A DNA stretch of 64,000 bases. Source: Blasia pusilla (Eukaryota). Location: the NCBI GenBank assembly GCA_050084515.1, contig CM114271.1:46128001-46192000 (forward strand), read 5' to 3'. A model generated the notes under the pieces. The model ran no database searches, was not told the origin of the DNA, and was given only the letters and a program-made list of their open reading frames with translations. Made by a program: the position numbers and the translations under genes. Positions 38,990 through 53,801 of this stretch are shown piece by piece. The first letter of the stretch is position 1. Each line of letters opens with the position of its first letter.

Positions 38990-39849
38990 TACCCATGGTA
39001 GATGCGATGAAGTTGAGTCTACTTGCTCGAAATGCTTGCTAGAGGCAATTGGATATTTGTACTTGAGGTATTCTAGATCCCCAAGAAAATGCTCCTTGTA
39101 TTCATCCATCTAGGGGTTGGTATTACAAAGGAGGAATCTGGATCACGAGAAGACAGTTTTGAGACCATTATCATGGTGGTCAAGGTGGGTGTTGATAAGA
39201 GATTGTTATGGGAAGAGATAACCCTTTTTGGTTAGTGGTGGAATTGAGTGCAATGATTGGATTCCAATATCAATTAGGGTTACTTTTGTGCTGCAGGTTG
39301 TGCCATCTTACATTAGTTCATCAGGTATTTTGCTCACCAATTATTAAATCTCTTGGGATTCCTGCATTCCTACGATGACATGTGGATTACCAATTTGCCG
39401 TGTGTTGGAGCACGCTTTCATGCGTGACTAATAGTTTAGGGCATGAAAATTCAATGGAGTAGTAGTGGTTCAAGGTTAGCATGGGGTCAGCTGCCTCCCA
39501 TTTGAAAGAAAATAGGGTGGGTACGCAAGCAAGTGTTCGGGAATAGTTATTAATCTTGAGCAGTATTTTATGATTTGTGAAATCCACAAGACAATAACTG
39601 GTTTTGGCGGTAATACCAAATCAAAATGTGACTTGAAATCAAAATTTCAATTTTCTCCTCCAAATTCTTTCCTTCATGCCTTGTCCAAATCAATTGGAGT
39701 CTTGGAGAGTACAAGTTGAAGATCGGTAGCATTGTGCGAGCTTAAAGTCTGGGCCCCATTTACTTTGTCTAAGATGACCCTCTTTGATCTAAGGACACAT
39801 GGGGTGATGGATCTTGCTCTACTTCCATCTCTAGTTCAATTTCTTTGTT

Positions 39850-39990
39850 GGGGCCATCCTTACCAAGCCCGTGTAAATTGTGTCATGAGAACAACCGAAG
39901 TGTAATGTTGAATCCATCACAAGATCTCTACATCCCTCTTTGCAAAGAGCACCAACCGCCCCATAATTGTGAGAGATATGGTATCAGATC
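39850..39990 (+). mobile_element. Possible LTR-retrotransposon remnant with initiator tRNA-Met primer site
   Basis: TGGTATCAGA at 39979-39988; no coding remnant recognised. Confidence 0.25.
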
Positions 39991-41610
39991 AGTCCTACTT
40001 GTACCACCTATAAACAAGTGTGACTTGTTTGTGATGCATGCTAAAAGTGAGGTAGTGGGGAGTGGAGTAGCACAACAAGAGGATTTGACACAATTTTAGG
40101 GTCGTCTAGGAAGTAGAAAGCTCCAAATCCATGTGGGGTTCATCCCTAAACCCTGAAGGCACAACGCTCCAAACAAACGACTTCCAAAGTCCAACAAAAA
40201 CTTTTGCAAGCTACCACCTCTAATTTTTTGTTTCGTGTCCAATTCTCATATTGGCAGGTAGTATTATGCAATTGAGAGATTATTGGGGTCCATCTTCAAT
40301 CTTCCCAATCTTGTAGAATTTCAGAAAATAATAATACACAAGTGTTACTAAGCTAGCATGCCACAATAGCACAAGGGAATATTTATTTCCATGTAATATT
40401 CCAATCCCTTCTTTTAATACATATTTCTGATTTCCATTTCCATCTCTATGTGTTAAGGAAAATTAACAAAAATATATGCGCAAGAACAAGTTAACATAAC
40501 TAATATAAAATGGTTAACAACACAAGAACAAGCTGAAACAACAAAATGATTACCCTTCAAGCATTGAGGTCATTATTTTCCAGTATTTGTGAAAAATAAC
40601 ATCTAAGGAATTCATGGTGGAATTTTGATGATCGATGGGACCATCCAATTCTATTTTAGTGAGGAATATTTATCCATGATTATTGGAAGCCACCAAGAGC
40701 TACAAAGCCATTGGAAACACATCATATGTTAATAAAGTGGTTTTCAAATACTAACACAGAGAATGGTACACAAAAACTAGGTCTTACAAGTATGAATTGC
40801 ATGTGCCATGCACAAAGGAAAAATTCCATCCAAGAGCAAACATTCCAATAGGTAAAGAATGGATAATAACATTCTTTTGTAGCACAACATTATTTCAACA
40901 GAGTAGAAAAAAATAGACACATTCCATCCATAGGAGTGGGAGAAATACGTGCATTTACACTACACATTCCTGTTATAAAAGTGAGCATTTTGGTTTTTGA
41001 TATTACTAAGAAGTAAGATCCACATGAATAATGAAATGCTTCATGTAAATGTGATGGATTTTACATGGCACCATGATGTAAATGATCTGAGATATTTAAC
41101 TTTTGATGTCATTATGTTTATCTTGATGCAACATAATATCCTTTTGTGGGTACTTTCTGGCTGGATTAGACCTTTTACTTCTGAGCTTTGGTGCTTGGTA
41201 TTACTCTTTCCTGAAAATATTACTAGTTCTCAGTTGGCACAACAATGTGTCACTACTACAACATACTCAGTTCTATTTATTGGTTCCATACTGCCAGACT
41301 GGAGTGATGGCGCCAGGAGTCAATTCCTTACAGAAACACTTCATTGCAAGAGAACCCAAATTCACATATCTCCACACTAGAAGCTGCAGCATTGCTATTG
41401 TAATCACGATTGCAAAACAGATTCATGTCATGGAGATTGTGATGGCTGTTGTGCTTACTTCAGAACATATGTGATGCACATCTTCATGTCTAGCATTCAA
41501 GCTGAGCTGCAAGTAGAGTGAGCCCATGCTTTTGCTAAAAATTTCTTTCAGTATAAGTGTTGCGAAGAAAGGGGCAGTGAGAAAAAAATGAAATATGCAC
41601 TCCATGTAAG

Positions 41611-41800
41611 CTCCTGCAACTCAAAATCTCACAAGTCTTTTGAATGCACTCCTGCATTTCAAAATCTCACAAGTCTTTCGAATGCACTCCTGCAACTCAA
41701 AATCTCATGAGTCTTTCCAATGCACTTCCGCAACTCAAAATCTCATAAGTCTTTTGAATGCCCTACTGCGCCTCAAAATCTCACAAGTCTTCCGAATGCA
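41611..41800. repeat. Minisatellite, 5 x 38 bp
   Basis: Unit ctcctgcaactcaaaatctcacaagtcttttgaatgca. Confidence 0.92.
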
Positions 41801-41968
41801 TGTACTTGGCAATCCTATCAAGAAGGACCAAGATCATTAAGCACATATATGCCCAACATGAAGGATTAGCCATATCTTTATCTCTAGTGATCCAAGAATC
41901 AGACTCTGGGTATGAACAAAATTACAGGGTCACATACGACCCCATGAAGTACAGGAAGGTGGAGGAGT

Positions 41969-44900
41969 TCAGACTTTCTGTCTCTTGGTGGATGGGCACT
42001 CCTGTACAGCCGAACTTCTATTCTCCGATGATTGTCGCACCAGGGATGAACTTGATAGTCGCCTTGCATTGTGCTTTATGGTAAATAACAAGTCCGAAAC
42101 GACCCAGGGAAAACTTAACAAATGAATTCTACTCTTGCTAACTTCTGAGAATTCTAGTGCACAGCCATAATAGTCTTGGTGATACGTGATGAAGTACCAA
42201 GCTGATGCCTTCGCTGCCTCGTCTGATTCCGACATGCCTCGCTTGTGGAACCAGCTTTTGGCCTCCTTTTGAAGAGCCTCAAAAGCCAACCGAACTTTTG
42301 GTTGGACATCATGCTGGCGTCTAACAAATAGTTCAGACAATGATAGAACATGACCACCTAGGATTTCTGCTTCATCTCGAATTCCATAATGGTTCATCAG
42401 CTGAATGAGCCTGACGTCATACAATTTCTTCTGGCGAAGGCCATTGTCAATGTGTTTCTCAAATCCTGGGACCAACAAGTCTTTGTCGCAAAATCTTCCA
42501 CCATCTGCAAAAGTGGAGTTGATGGACGAGTCTCCATCGATTGCTGCTTTCACAGAACGATACAGCCTTCCAAGTATTCCGTAGGCCACATATGTTGCCT
42601 TATGATCTTTCTCCATGAAGTCAGGATACTCCTTGGGCCGAAGTGCCATGGATATAACTGCAGGAACGCCCGTCTTTGGGAAGTCAACTGCCATGGAGGC
42701 AAGATGAGCCAACTCTAGGCACTTTGCATTACGAGCCCTTTCCGGCTCTCTGTCAGCATGCACAACGTGTGCATTTGCAATGACTCCCAAGTTATCATTC
42801 ACCATATAGTCTACGAAGAACTCTTGTATCTCCTGCACACAGAGGAACCAAATTGCTTCATTATCACAACCTTGTCATGCTATACCAAAGCTCATTTTCT
42901 TCCCTCTCCACCCCTATTCACCTTTTAACATAGTGATGCACATTATAAATCAGCGAGACACCCATTCTAGTTGAGTTCATGATCATTGACTAAATTTTCC
43001 CATCACCTGCAAAACTTTCATACTTTTCACCTCCAGAAACCAGATTTGACAGTACTCCACTTTCAAGGTTACCAATTCATCTATGGCTTATGAACAAGCA
43101 TTTTCACTTTTCCCAATAGGGATGGGAGACTTCATACCCATAAAATGCAAGATCCTATATAAGTTCTTGATCATTGCCTCACTGCACTTTCATTTTCATC
43201 ATATCCAACAACCAGATCGGACCGCACCACACAATGAAGGTAAAAGACTAGTGTAGGATTTGTGAAACTCCTGGCATAAGATATAACGAGATCATTGCGT
43301 CTGAGAGTGAATGGAGAGAGATCATCAATGCCATACCTCAACTGTCACAGGATGCTCCAGAGTCCTAGTTGGGGCAGGGGTATAATCCATAGGAGAATCT
43401 ACGCATGGTGGAATCAAAGACTCCTCCCAGCTCACAAGATAAAGATCTCCATCCAAATCGCTTCCAGAGCACTCATTTGGGTGGGGTCTGTATACGAGAC
43501 AGGGAAGCAAACTCTTCAGATACATTGGAGCAGAATGGGAAATACCAAACAAGGGCCATCATTTGAAATAGGTGGTGGACGTTTCCATTACACGTCCATA
43601 GACGGAGCAGTCCATGTCTCTAAAATGTGAGTCGGACAACCTCAACGGCCCTGGCAGACCATGAATCTTGGTTCTTTAAAGTAATGCTAGACAAGTCATA
43701 ATTGCCACCTCATCAGCTGCTATGTGATTACCTATGAGCTATACAGGAAACAGCATTTGACCAAAGTTCATGCATACCTTGGACCAATTTGAGGAAAAAC
43801 AATACAGTCCACCATGTGCTGTAGCTGGGGGACATCAACGCCTTGCAAAACTCTGACATCCCCTGGATGTAGGCATGGATTTTTTGCCACAAAAACTTTC
43901 TGTGTCACAACAGACGCCATGCCCTTGTCCTCCATCTGGTTTCCATGATCGTCGGTCAACTCGCCAAATTTTGAATCCATGGAAATCTTGATATATACTT
44001 CTCCATACGTCAAAGATTTAGTCTCATCCAGACAGCCCATGAGCAACCTTCCTTTCCCCACAAATATCTTGGCCTTGGTCTTTAGTTCGTTTAGTTGAGC
44101 ATCTTTGAACACACATAACAGCCGCTTCAGGAGGGGTTCTGTCTTAGGGCTGTACCCAACCTGAAGCATTTGCAGTGCAAATGAACTGGATCTTGTCTCC
44201 CTGAGAAGTTTCATTGCAAGAGTGTCATCTTCTAGCACTCTTTCCAACTTCGAAATCATTTGATTTTGCAGATTCATGAAAGCGGAATCTTTCACACCAA
44301 GAGTGGATAGTAGGCTTATGACCTGTCGATTAAGAAAGCACGGCAATATATGCGTCCACTCGAGAACCTCTAGGCCCATGTGAGGAGAGTCGAACTTATG
44401 CATACTAGGTCTTAAATATAGCTTGAATGAAGAAGAAGCATGAGGATCCACTGCAACCACCCCTTTATAACCACCATAACGGATTTGGAAGGCAGAGGGC
44501 ACAACTCCAAGTGGCAACCCACAAGCAGCTGATATAGTACGGGCAAAACCTGCAGAAATCTTCCCAATACCATCTGAGAAACAGTAGGTCTTGCCACATG
44601 TTCTGACAGTAATGTCTGGGATCTTTTTCACTTGGAGGGGGAGAACTTTCCCAGTCTCAGTCGATGAGGAGAAGCACTGGCCCATACGCGCTGCACATTT
44701 TGCCACATTGCGTATTTGGGAAAAGTCTCCCATGTCACATCTTATAGAATCTCCAGTGATCTCAGGTTTGTCTGGGCCCCCTAACACTTCAGCAAACATC
44801 CATAACTGGCCTTCCCTAAGCTGGCTCGCTGAAAATGCTAAGAAATCATACTTCTTGTTGCCAATGAAGATGCCCTCTCTCAAAACTTCTTTGATCCTCT

Positions 44901-46630
44901 TGTATATATGAGAACGTCGTGTATCCATCTCTGATGTAAGAGCAGAACTCGTAAGAGGTCCAAAGTTCTCATCAACAAAATTGACTCGAAGAAAGTTACT
45001 GGTATATTGCTCATACTTCCTGACCATTCGGTTGGAGGTTTCTACCTCAGGCCCCATACAGTACACCTTTGTGGGTGTCACCACAAGTCGATGAATCCAT
45101 GCCCTTCCTTTTCCCAACTTATGCAAATTTGGTAACGGTATTTTGAGAGACTTGATGTCATCAAATTTCGCTTTCAACAGCTTCCATGGCTCATAGGAGA
45201 CATCCTCGTGAGATGCAAGAAGCTTCATTGCCAGCTTTCCGGATGAAGTATCTGAACTTACCTGCCTGAAAAATTTGTCATCTAAAGTGGGACCACTGAG
45301 CTTCCCACGTTGGATAAGATTGTTGATCATGTACAAGATATCGAAAGGGATCCTAAAATTGTCAGGATTCACCATGGGCACAACAATCTGTTCAGCACTA
45401 TAAGAGCTCCCTCTCAGGATATGAAATTTTTTTGGGACGGAGTCAAACATTCTTGTTGAACCCAGGACCTGATTAAGGATCATAGTTTGAAATGTACCTG
45501 GGGACTCTGTTTCTATCATGTACACAAAAGACTGCCCGATTACATTGAAAGGAGTGAAGTCTGTGGTTCGAACCCATGCACCTTGCCAGTTTTCTTCACT
45601 ATATCTGCACTTGTTAGTCATGTATCTCTTCATCAAATCAGTGTAGGGATCTCCTTGGCGAAATGGTTCTCTTCGTCGACAATACAAGTATGGTGGACTT
45701 TGCTTAACCTGCACAGTGACGCAACGGTAATATGGAAACTGACAATTTCACAAATGTTTAGACCCAAGTAGCTGCAGCAGAGTATTCTGTTTAATAATTA
45801 TCAAAGTTCTGTATTTTTTGCTTTTTCATGTAATTAAGAACCATCTGAGAGTTCAGATCACGCCTTAAATCAAAGACAGGAATCTGAAAGCCAAAGAAAA
45901 CAAATTTAATCGTGTGACATAACAGATAGTACTACTTCTTTGTGTACATATTTGCCTAGACTGATCAACAGCCCTCTTTTAAAGAAAAAGGTCAGCATAA
46001 CCCCACATCCAAACTTTGATGTTTGAAAATGCATCAATAAAGAGTTGATTGAGAGCGATATAAGTGAATGTTCCAGGGAGTTTCTGAACGTACCTGTAAT
46101 AAGAAGCCTGTCATTTTATCTCTTGTCTCTGTGGCCACCAACTGAGATATTTCACTGAAGTGAAACTCCAATTTGTACTCTGTCAAAAGCATATTTTTGA
46201 ACTTCAAATGAAGGTCGAAAGTCCGCTTCTCCAAGCTGACTTCCAGTGTCACAGAACCATCATAATTCCACAAGGACGACATGCAGTCTTTAGATGTCAG
46301 ACATCCTATAGACAATGTGCAGTGGTTGAAGACGTAAGTTGTAGGTGTTGAGAGATGCTGCACAATTCCTCGCTCAAGAACAGTCAATTTCAGCTCTCGA
46401 TTATACAGCACAAGCTTCCCTTCACTAGAGAGCTTCACTGCTGTCATCACTGTCTCCTTCTCCTTGAAATGAACAAACCCAAAACCCTTGGATCTTGCCG
46501 AATCATGATGCAGAACTATCTTGCAAGATTCAATCTGACCCTCTCCGAGCACTTCTTCCAGATATTCATGAAGATCATCCTCCTCCACAACCTGAGGAAT
46601 ATTTAAAATCCGAACTGCCGTGTGGCACAT
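41969..46630 (-). CDS. RDR: RNA-dependent RNA polymerase, RDR1/RDR2 type (~1160 aa); exons 46630-46094, 45708-43778, 43487-43337, 42832-41969
   Basis: N-terminal RRM (SKGFGFVHF), AARMGQCFSSS, FSDGIGKIS, FQIRYGGYKG, KNPCLHPGD, catalytic CSGSDLDGD, AVDFPKTG; exons sum to 3483 nt in frame. Confidence 0.95.
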
Positions 46631-49481
46631 GTTAGTTCAGCTCACTGTTAGAAAAGTGTTGAACATTGACTACAGGCCTTTACAAGAGTGTACCCTTTGC
46701 TTCATTAGATATGCATTGCTACGCCTGCATGTTGGTAGCAAGTATGACCTCCCTAGTGCATTAAATTGGTAAAGAATGTGCTTCACCTCCGTTGAGTGAA
46801 GCCATCTCAGGTGTTGCTCTGTCAAATTCAAGCCGGCTTGATATTCGAGGTGCTCATGGACATCTCCCAAGTGCTTTTCTTCTCTCCTATCAAAGACCCA
46901 TGAGGAAATCTCAAGCTTTTGGCCCCCTAGTAATCAAAATTGTAATTCAAAAGTTGTGTTTGATAGTCCAAAGACACAAGCAGTATAAAATGTTGAAAAT
47001 GGTAATATTTAGTTTAGTCATGCCCTAAAACTAGTTAGTTGGATACTGACTTAGTTAGCTTGACACTAACTTAGCAGGATACTAACATAGTTTGCTAAAT
47101 ACAACTCAGAACTACTATATCTTTTAGGGTAAACTCGAATTAGGATTAGCCACCATCATGTACTTAGGGTCTGTATATCTCAAGGTCAGAAATCCCCTCT
47201 GTTCTGTATATATAAACTCTCCTTATAAGATCATTCTACAGCTTGCACAGCTTTTAGCGAGAACTCCTGAGGCTCTTGGTGTGTCCTGCAGCACTTGCCC
47301 TGCTGCAGAGTGACCGCGGAGAAAAAGGAGAGCTTTGTGTATGTTAGTGGGCCTCACTGGAAGGTCGGTCGTTTTTGTTCAGCTAGCTGATGGATCAACT
47401 GATGAATACTTTAAGATGAAGAGGCTGGTGCTGAAAGTAGACAGTGCACATGGACGAATCCTTCAAGGTGTAAGTTGAAATTTCTTAAGTCTAGCATCCA
47501 CAGGAATGGGAGCACATAGACATTCCCAGTCCCCATTCATTGGATTACCTATGCTGGATGTAAAAAACACTTGAAGAAGTCTCTTGATCAGTACCACAAG
47601 TTTCATTCTAGTGATATGAAATGATCCACCGCAAGAAAAGACAAACTACCAAAATCAACAGACCCACAGATAGAATTATCAAGCGGTTACGGTCTGGAAT
47701 CTTGCGAAATGAATGCAGCTGAGTTGAATTGGATCGCCTGAAGTCAGTCCTACCTATGTCAGAATGACTTCTGAACTCGCCTCCAGAAAGCAGAGAATCA
47801 ATTCTCTTCAAAAGGCCTATCCCACATTTACAAAAGAACAAGGGATAGACCCAATTGTGAAAAGTGAGGCAAACAAACAGAAACTCTGAAAACAATGGTT
47901 AAACTTGATTCACAAGAAACATTCTCTTCCGACTGAAAAAGACTCGTACATACACACACCCAAAGGCCACGCCCCACTTTTGTAGATTCCTCAAATAGAT
48001 GTTAGAAAAAAGCAGCTCTCAAAATATGCCACAACATCTATGCACTTCAGCACCTGTGAATCAGATCCGTCAGGCAGAACAAAGGTGATACCCACTAGAG
48101 TATGGTTTTGAGTTTAAGAAGCCAACAGACGAATGGACAATGCTCTTATAAAAGCTACCAGTACTGATCCATTGTTCCCAACAGTGAACTACAGAATCAA
48201 GAGAGAAACCCAACCAAAGAGTGCGCACTTCACATCAATCTATCGAGCTGAGGTAATCAAGAACAGCACAAGGACGTAAGACTCACACGATACGAAACCA
48301 ATTGATGTCCCGTTTTGCTCCCAGTCGACGAAGAAAGCTGCTGGAAGACACCCAACCCACAAACAACCATGAGCAACGGACGGAGATTGCAGAAGGATAT
48401 CCGGAAGCAGAGAAGGGAAGAAACGCACAGGACATGTGCATTGAAGTCAATGAAACGAAACCGAGCACCAAAAACCTGAAACGACTCACTTCTACACCAC
48501 AAGTTTTGTTGAGGTCATGCTCACAAACAAGGAACCACAGCACACTAGTTCGAAGCTTCCCCAATCAAACGAAACCTATGGATACGTAGTGCAAGCAGAA
48601 ACGCAGAAGCAGTGGAGCTAAGGCGAGAGCTTAGTAGACTTGCAGCGTCCAACGTCAGTAGGAAGGATTGTGATGCACGATGAAATGTAGCTTCTGTTTG
48701 ATGAGCAGATGGACAATTCACGTCGCTGCCTTTCACTGGGGAGACGAGGGGGAAAAGTAACCCCAAAGAAGGAACCCCTACCCAGCTCAGACTCAGAATG
48801 CAGACACTCAGTCAGCTACCATGGCTCTCTGATGCCATTCCGGTTACCTCAATCAACTTGGGCACTAGCCTCCTCCCCTCCTCCCCTTATCCTCCTCAAT
48901 TGTAGAAACCTGAGAGGATGATATCCACAAGACGATTGACGTCCTTCTAAGCTCCTTTCCACTGGCAGAAAACTCCTGATCCAAGAATTTCGAGGCAACA
49001 AGAAGAATTCCCATCCGAAAGGAAAAGCCAACAGTTGGGCGATCATACCATTCTGTGAAATGCGAAATGAACAGAGCAGATAAAGCAAGCCCATCTTGAT
49101 CATACAAGCAAGGCATTGAAACATGCGGTCACTGCAGGTGGTTGGGGACGAGCTGGCTACATGAATGAGGCCAAAGACGAGCATTCCCTATGATTGATGT
49201 CCTGGCGATTCCCTCGTCAATCGGCGAGAGTTCTTAGACTCTCCCACTCGAACAGCGGATGAGTCAATGGAGTCCCACTGATCATCGATCCCTGCAAACG
49301 AGAATAGTTCATCAGAGGCTTCTGTGCTTACAAACGCAATTGTCAGGTTTGCAATCGTTTCCTCCTCACCACAATGCATTTCACGAGCCTTCCCTCCCTC
49401 CAAATTGAATCCCAATCACGAAAAGAATCTCTCTATATCTCTCACCCTCTCCTAGCACCGTCCAAGCAGGGTTTTACGTGT

Positions 49482-49608
49482 GCAAGGATGCGACCGGCAC
49501 TACTTCATGAGTACTCTCTCTCTCTCTCTCTCTCTCTCTCGCTCCAAGCACCGTCCAACCAGGGCGCTTGGTCTATGGTCGCAAGGCTACGACAGGCACT
49601 ACTTAATG

Positions 49609-49652
<44 letters not shown>

Positions 49653-49700
49653 CACCAGCCCCACCAGTCTATGGTCGCGAGGCCACGATAAGTACTAAGT
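49482..49700. repeat. Degenerate tandem repeat units interleaved with (CT)n
   Basis: gcaagg...cgac.ggcactactt.atgagt + CT run, about 2.5 copies. Confidence 0.7.
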
Positions 49701-49852
49701 ACAGTACTACAGTCCCTCTCTCGCCCTCTGGATTCCTGACGGCAACAAATCTTTTGGTTCATCCTGTCCCTGCAAATGAAAGTCCCATGGCCCTCTCGAG
49801 TCCTCGTTGACAATAAATCATTTCACTCTCTCACTCACTATCACTCACTCTC

Positions 49853-49890
<38 letters not shown>

Positions 49891-50786
49891 AAACGATTCG
49901 ATTCAATTTTCTCCAGAACGCTCCAGTGGAAACTCCCACAACTTCAACAGCCGACAGACAACGAAACTTGCCATGGCCAAGTGTGCGCTGGGTACTTGGC
50001 CTTCCTTCCATGTCCTAAACCCAACGGCCAAGGAGCTAAAGGAAGGGGTGTGCTGCAACCTCAACTTCGAAGAAAGAAAGGGATTACGAAATCAGCAGCT
50101 CTGAGAGACTCCCACGGCATTGCCCACCGATGGATTGGGGACCATCACCAGATTTCTCCTCTCCCTCTGCCTCCCTCTCCCTTTTGTCAATCCGACTCAG
50201 CTGTGAATCAAACTCAGAGCTCTCATTGCGGAAGCACAAGAGCTGCACTCTTAGCTACCACTCCATAACTCGAGAGCAAACGACATGACCGATTCCGAGG
50301 TCTTTGATTGATGGATGTGGATGAAATTTGAAGTGCAGGGAAGGAACCCAAGAGCTTATAGTAAGGGCTATGGAGACTCGTGTCCGGACGCAGAGAGAAT
50401 GGTCGTAGTTATCGATGGTAGAGAAACATGGAAGGGTTTAGGATTTGGAGATTCAGCTGAATACCCAAAGAAAGGAAGACGAGGTCCCTGTCATGCCTCT
50501 TTCTACATGCCCATGTGCTTAGTGAGGCTCTGTCATTCTGAGTGTGCAGATGCCTCATACCTCTATCCTTAAGTCGCTCTTCCGATCTCCATTCCAATCT
50601 GCCAACAGAAACTGATCAATGCTCATGTAATCCTGAGTTCTGGATGGCTTTGAAGACTTCCTGTGCGCCAAAGTCATTCGCCCCTGTGCTTGGTGATTTC
50701 GTCGTGACGATGTGTGAAACTTCGACGATTGGCTTTGATGATTTGCTTGGCACATTGGAATTTCATCCCGGAAAGTATCATCATCG

Positions 50787-51050
50787 CATTGATGGAAGAA
50801 AACCATCAATGCGATTCTTACTGCCCACAGTGACGCAAGAGAGCCATGGGATTCAATTGAAGCCACCGAATTCGAAGCAAGCGAAGTAGTAGAGCAAGCC
50901 CAAGCAAGCCAGAGACCATTGATGGAAGAATGCCATCAATTCGATTATCACTGCCCACAGTGACCCAAGAGAGCCATGGGATTCAATTGAAGCCACAGAA
51001 TTCGAAGCAATCGAAGTAGCAGTGCAAGCCAAAGCAAGCCAGAGACCATC
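50787..51050. repeat. ~130-bp tandem duplication
   Basis: cattgatggaagaa...gcaagccagagac occurs twice. Confidence 0.85.
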
Positions 51051-52051
51051 GACAGCGAAAGGACATCTGAGAAAAGGTGTGGGATTGCAATTTCCGATGT
51101 GGGCTGAAGCTCTCGTGCGTGGGGTGGTTGAACCAGTAATTTCGACAACTACAAGGGAAAATGGCGTGCAATTATCAGCTGAGTCCCTCTCAAAGTGAGT
51201 TCTTCAGCTGAAATCGAGTGAGCCCAATAGCTCCATGGGTTTTACTGCAGATACAGAGTCTGGATTTGAACCACATACTGGCTCTGGTTGCTTATGGTCA
51301 CCTTGGTCTCACACAACAATAGAAAGGGGTCTGATGCGATGATTCCATGATATGGTTGCACATGCGGTCTCACACACTTGTGGTAATCCCTCCAAAGGCA
51401 ACATTCACTGTTTTGCAGTCTCATTTCCCTTCTTTGGAACTCGAGAGCCACTCATGAAGAAAGAAGCAGCCATGTGTGGCTGGAAACTAGTGAGCTCGAA
51501 ACTCTCTGCTTCAAAGTTGCTTCTGTACGAGTATCTGATGTTTCCTTCTCTCTGGATTCCTCCATTCCCAGAGCGCCATATCCTCAGAATGAATCAGTTT
51601 ACGAGTGTGTCCCCCAAGAACTAAGAAGAAACCAGAGAATGTATCTGTATTTTCGCCATCACTGCATGCCTCCAGGAGAGATGGTGGTGGCAAGCGTGAG
51701 AGAGGAAAAGAGGACTGACTACATGCTTGGAGACTCAAGCCCCAGGGAAGACTCTGAGACAACGTCAACACTGCTACCAAACCTTCAATTGCAATAGATT
51801 ACTTCAAGAAACAGGCCATACTCTGGTTGGCAGCGAAATCACAGTCCATGTCCTTCTGTCCAAAAGTTAAGCAAATGAGACTCACGTCATGTCCCCTCTA
51901 CTTATGACTGCATAACTGCAACGAACAACGAAGTTCACCAATGCTGACGTCCATTGACCAAGCTCCACAGATTCTGCAAGCTTTTAGGGATCCATGGATT
52001 ATAGTATGTACAGAGAATCAACCAGTACCCATCGCCACTCCTCCTCCATCT

Positions 52052-52492
52052 CATGTCATGTTGCACCATACACTAAACATGATAAATTATTATTTATATG
52101 AAACCCTTGTTTTGGGTTTTTTTAACAAGGCTTGGAGGAGACTAAAAGGGAGAGTCACACCACGTGGAGAACATAAGCTAGATAGTAGATAGCACTAACA
52201 CGGGGGAGTCATATGTCATGTTGCACCATACACAAAACATGACAAGTCATTATTCTATGAAACTATGTTTTGGGTTTTTTTTAATAAGGTTTGGAGGATA
52301 CTAAAAGTCACGCCAGGTGGAGAACATAAGCTAGATGGCACTAACACAAGGAGTCACATATCATGTTGCACCATACACAAAACATGACAAGTTATTATTT
52401 CTATGAAACCCTTGTTTTGGGTTTTTTTAACAAGGCTTGGAGGAGACTAAAAGGGAGAGTCACATGACAAGAACATAAGCTAGATAGCACTA
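52052..52492. repeat. Tandem repeat, 3 x ~150 bp
   Basis: tcatgttgcaccatacac...gaacataagctagat in three copies. Confidence 0.9.
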
Positions 52493-53801
52493 CCGAGTAA
52501 AAAACTTGTTAATACCGAAAAAAAATTAATACTAACAAACAGTGAGTCCAAATTTTTTTTTATTACGGTTCACATCTCTATTCTCATTTGATTCACATCC
52601 GACAATTGAGAAGTTACTTGCAGAAGAACTTTCATTTTGCAACTTCTACACTCCAAATCGACTCCCCCAAAATGGCACCAAAAGAATATGAGGCAACATG
52701 AGAGAGAGAGAGAGAGAGAGAGAGAACCGATTAATACGGTCTAGTAGTAGGGGCCGTAAATAAATACATGGAAGAGACTACATTAGAACAATAGTTTCAA
52801 GAACTTGCCATGAACATTAAGATATCATAATTGCAGATGACATCCTCTCGGGCCTTTTAGCCCCACCGCACATTATCCACAACCTCAAAATTTGAGAAAT
52901 CCCCATACCTCATAAGGTGCACAAGGCACCCACATGGTGAATTAAGTCTTTTTAAACTATGAATTAACTAACCCTACATTTGTAGGGCGCTTTGAGGTAA
53001 GAGATACTTACAAAGACATGTGTGAGTGCCTCCTCTCCTCCCTTATCGAAGGAGTGAATCCCCTTCAACGTCTAAGGCAAAAATCATGCCTCCACCACTT
53101 TCTCTCTTTGCGGATCGTCTACTGGTGTCAACTCCCTCTATAGGATAGACACTCAAAAGGATGCATTTTAGTTTGTGGGTGTTCGTGTAGCCAACACCAA
53201 TCCCTTCCGCTCCTCCTTTGATGTTGGAGCCCTCCATACTACCTCATACACAATTTTTGTCATGCTCTGACGATCATGTGAAGTGAATCCATTGACCGTC
53301 GTTTACATGCATTCTGCCAAAATGTTAGCCCCATTCCATGGCTTGAAGATATGTCGATGGTTGGTCCACCCACACATCACACATAGGCATGTGTTGCTTG
53401 CACACTTGCCACATGATCTAGCAAAGAAATATTTTTAGCCTATGGCGTCGTCATATATCTAGATTGGCTCAACATAATCCTCATGTCATATCGGGTCTAC
53501 CCTTGCTCAACGATTGGAGCTATTTTTTTCTCATCAACTATTGGTGGATATCTCCTTGGAGCCACCACCTCTACATCTCTCACTATCCTTCTTGATGGTG
53601 GAACTATAGCTGGTCATAGACCACCTTCCTAGCGCTCTACCATATGAAGTGTATGATATTGTGTCACACTACGTGACACAAAATGCTTCACTAATGTGGA
53701 GATGTAGTGAACCAACACACATAGTACCATCCCAACCCCTCCCCTCCAAGGACAAGGCAGAGAGATAGAAAATCAAGGATTTGCCTTAGAGGAGAGGAGA
53801 A

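Noticed and set aside
41969-46630. Functional cluster of RDR with the DNMT retroelements
   Set aside because: RDR is an ordinary spliced host gene separated from them by unrelated housekeeping genes.
47600-51900. Many short ORFs
   Set aside because: No recognisable domains or consistent exon chain; several arise from microsatellites.
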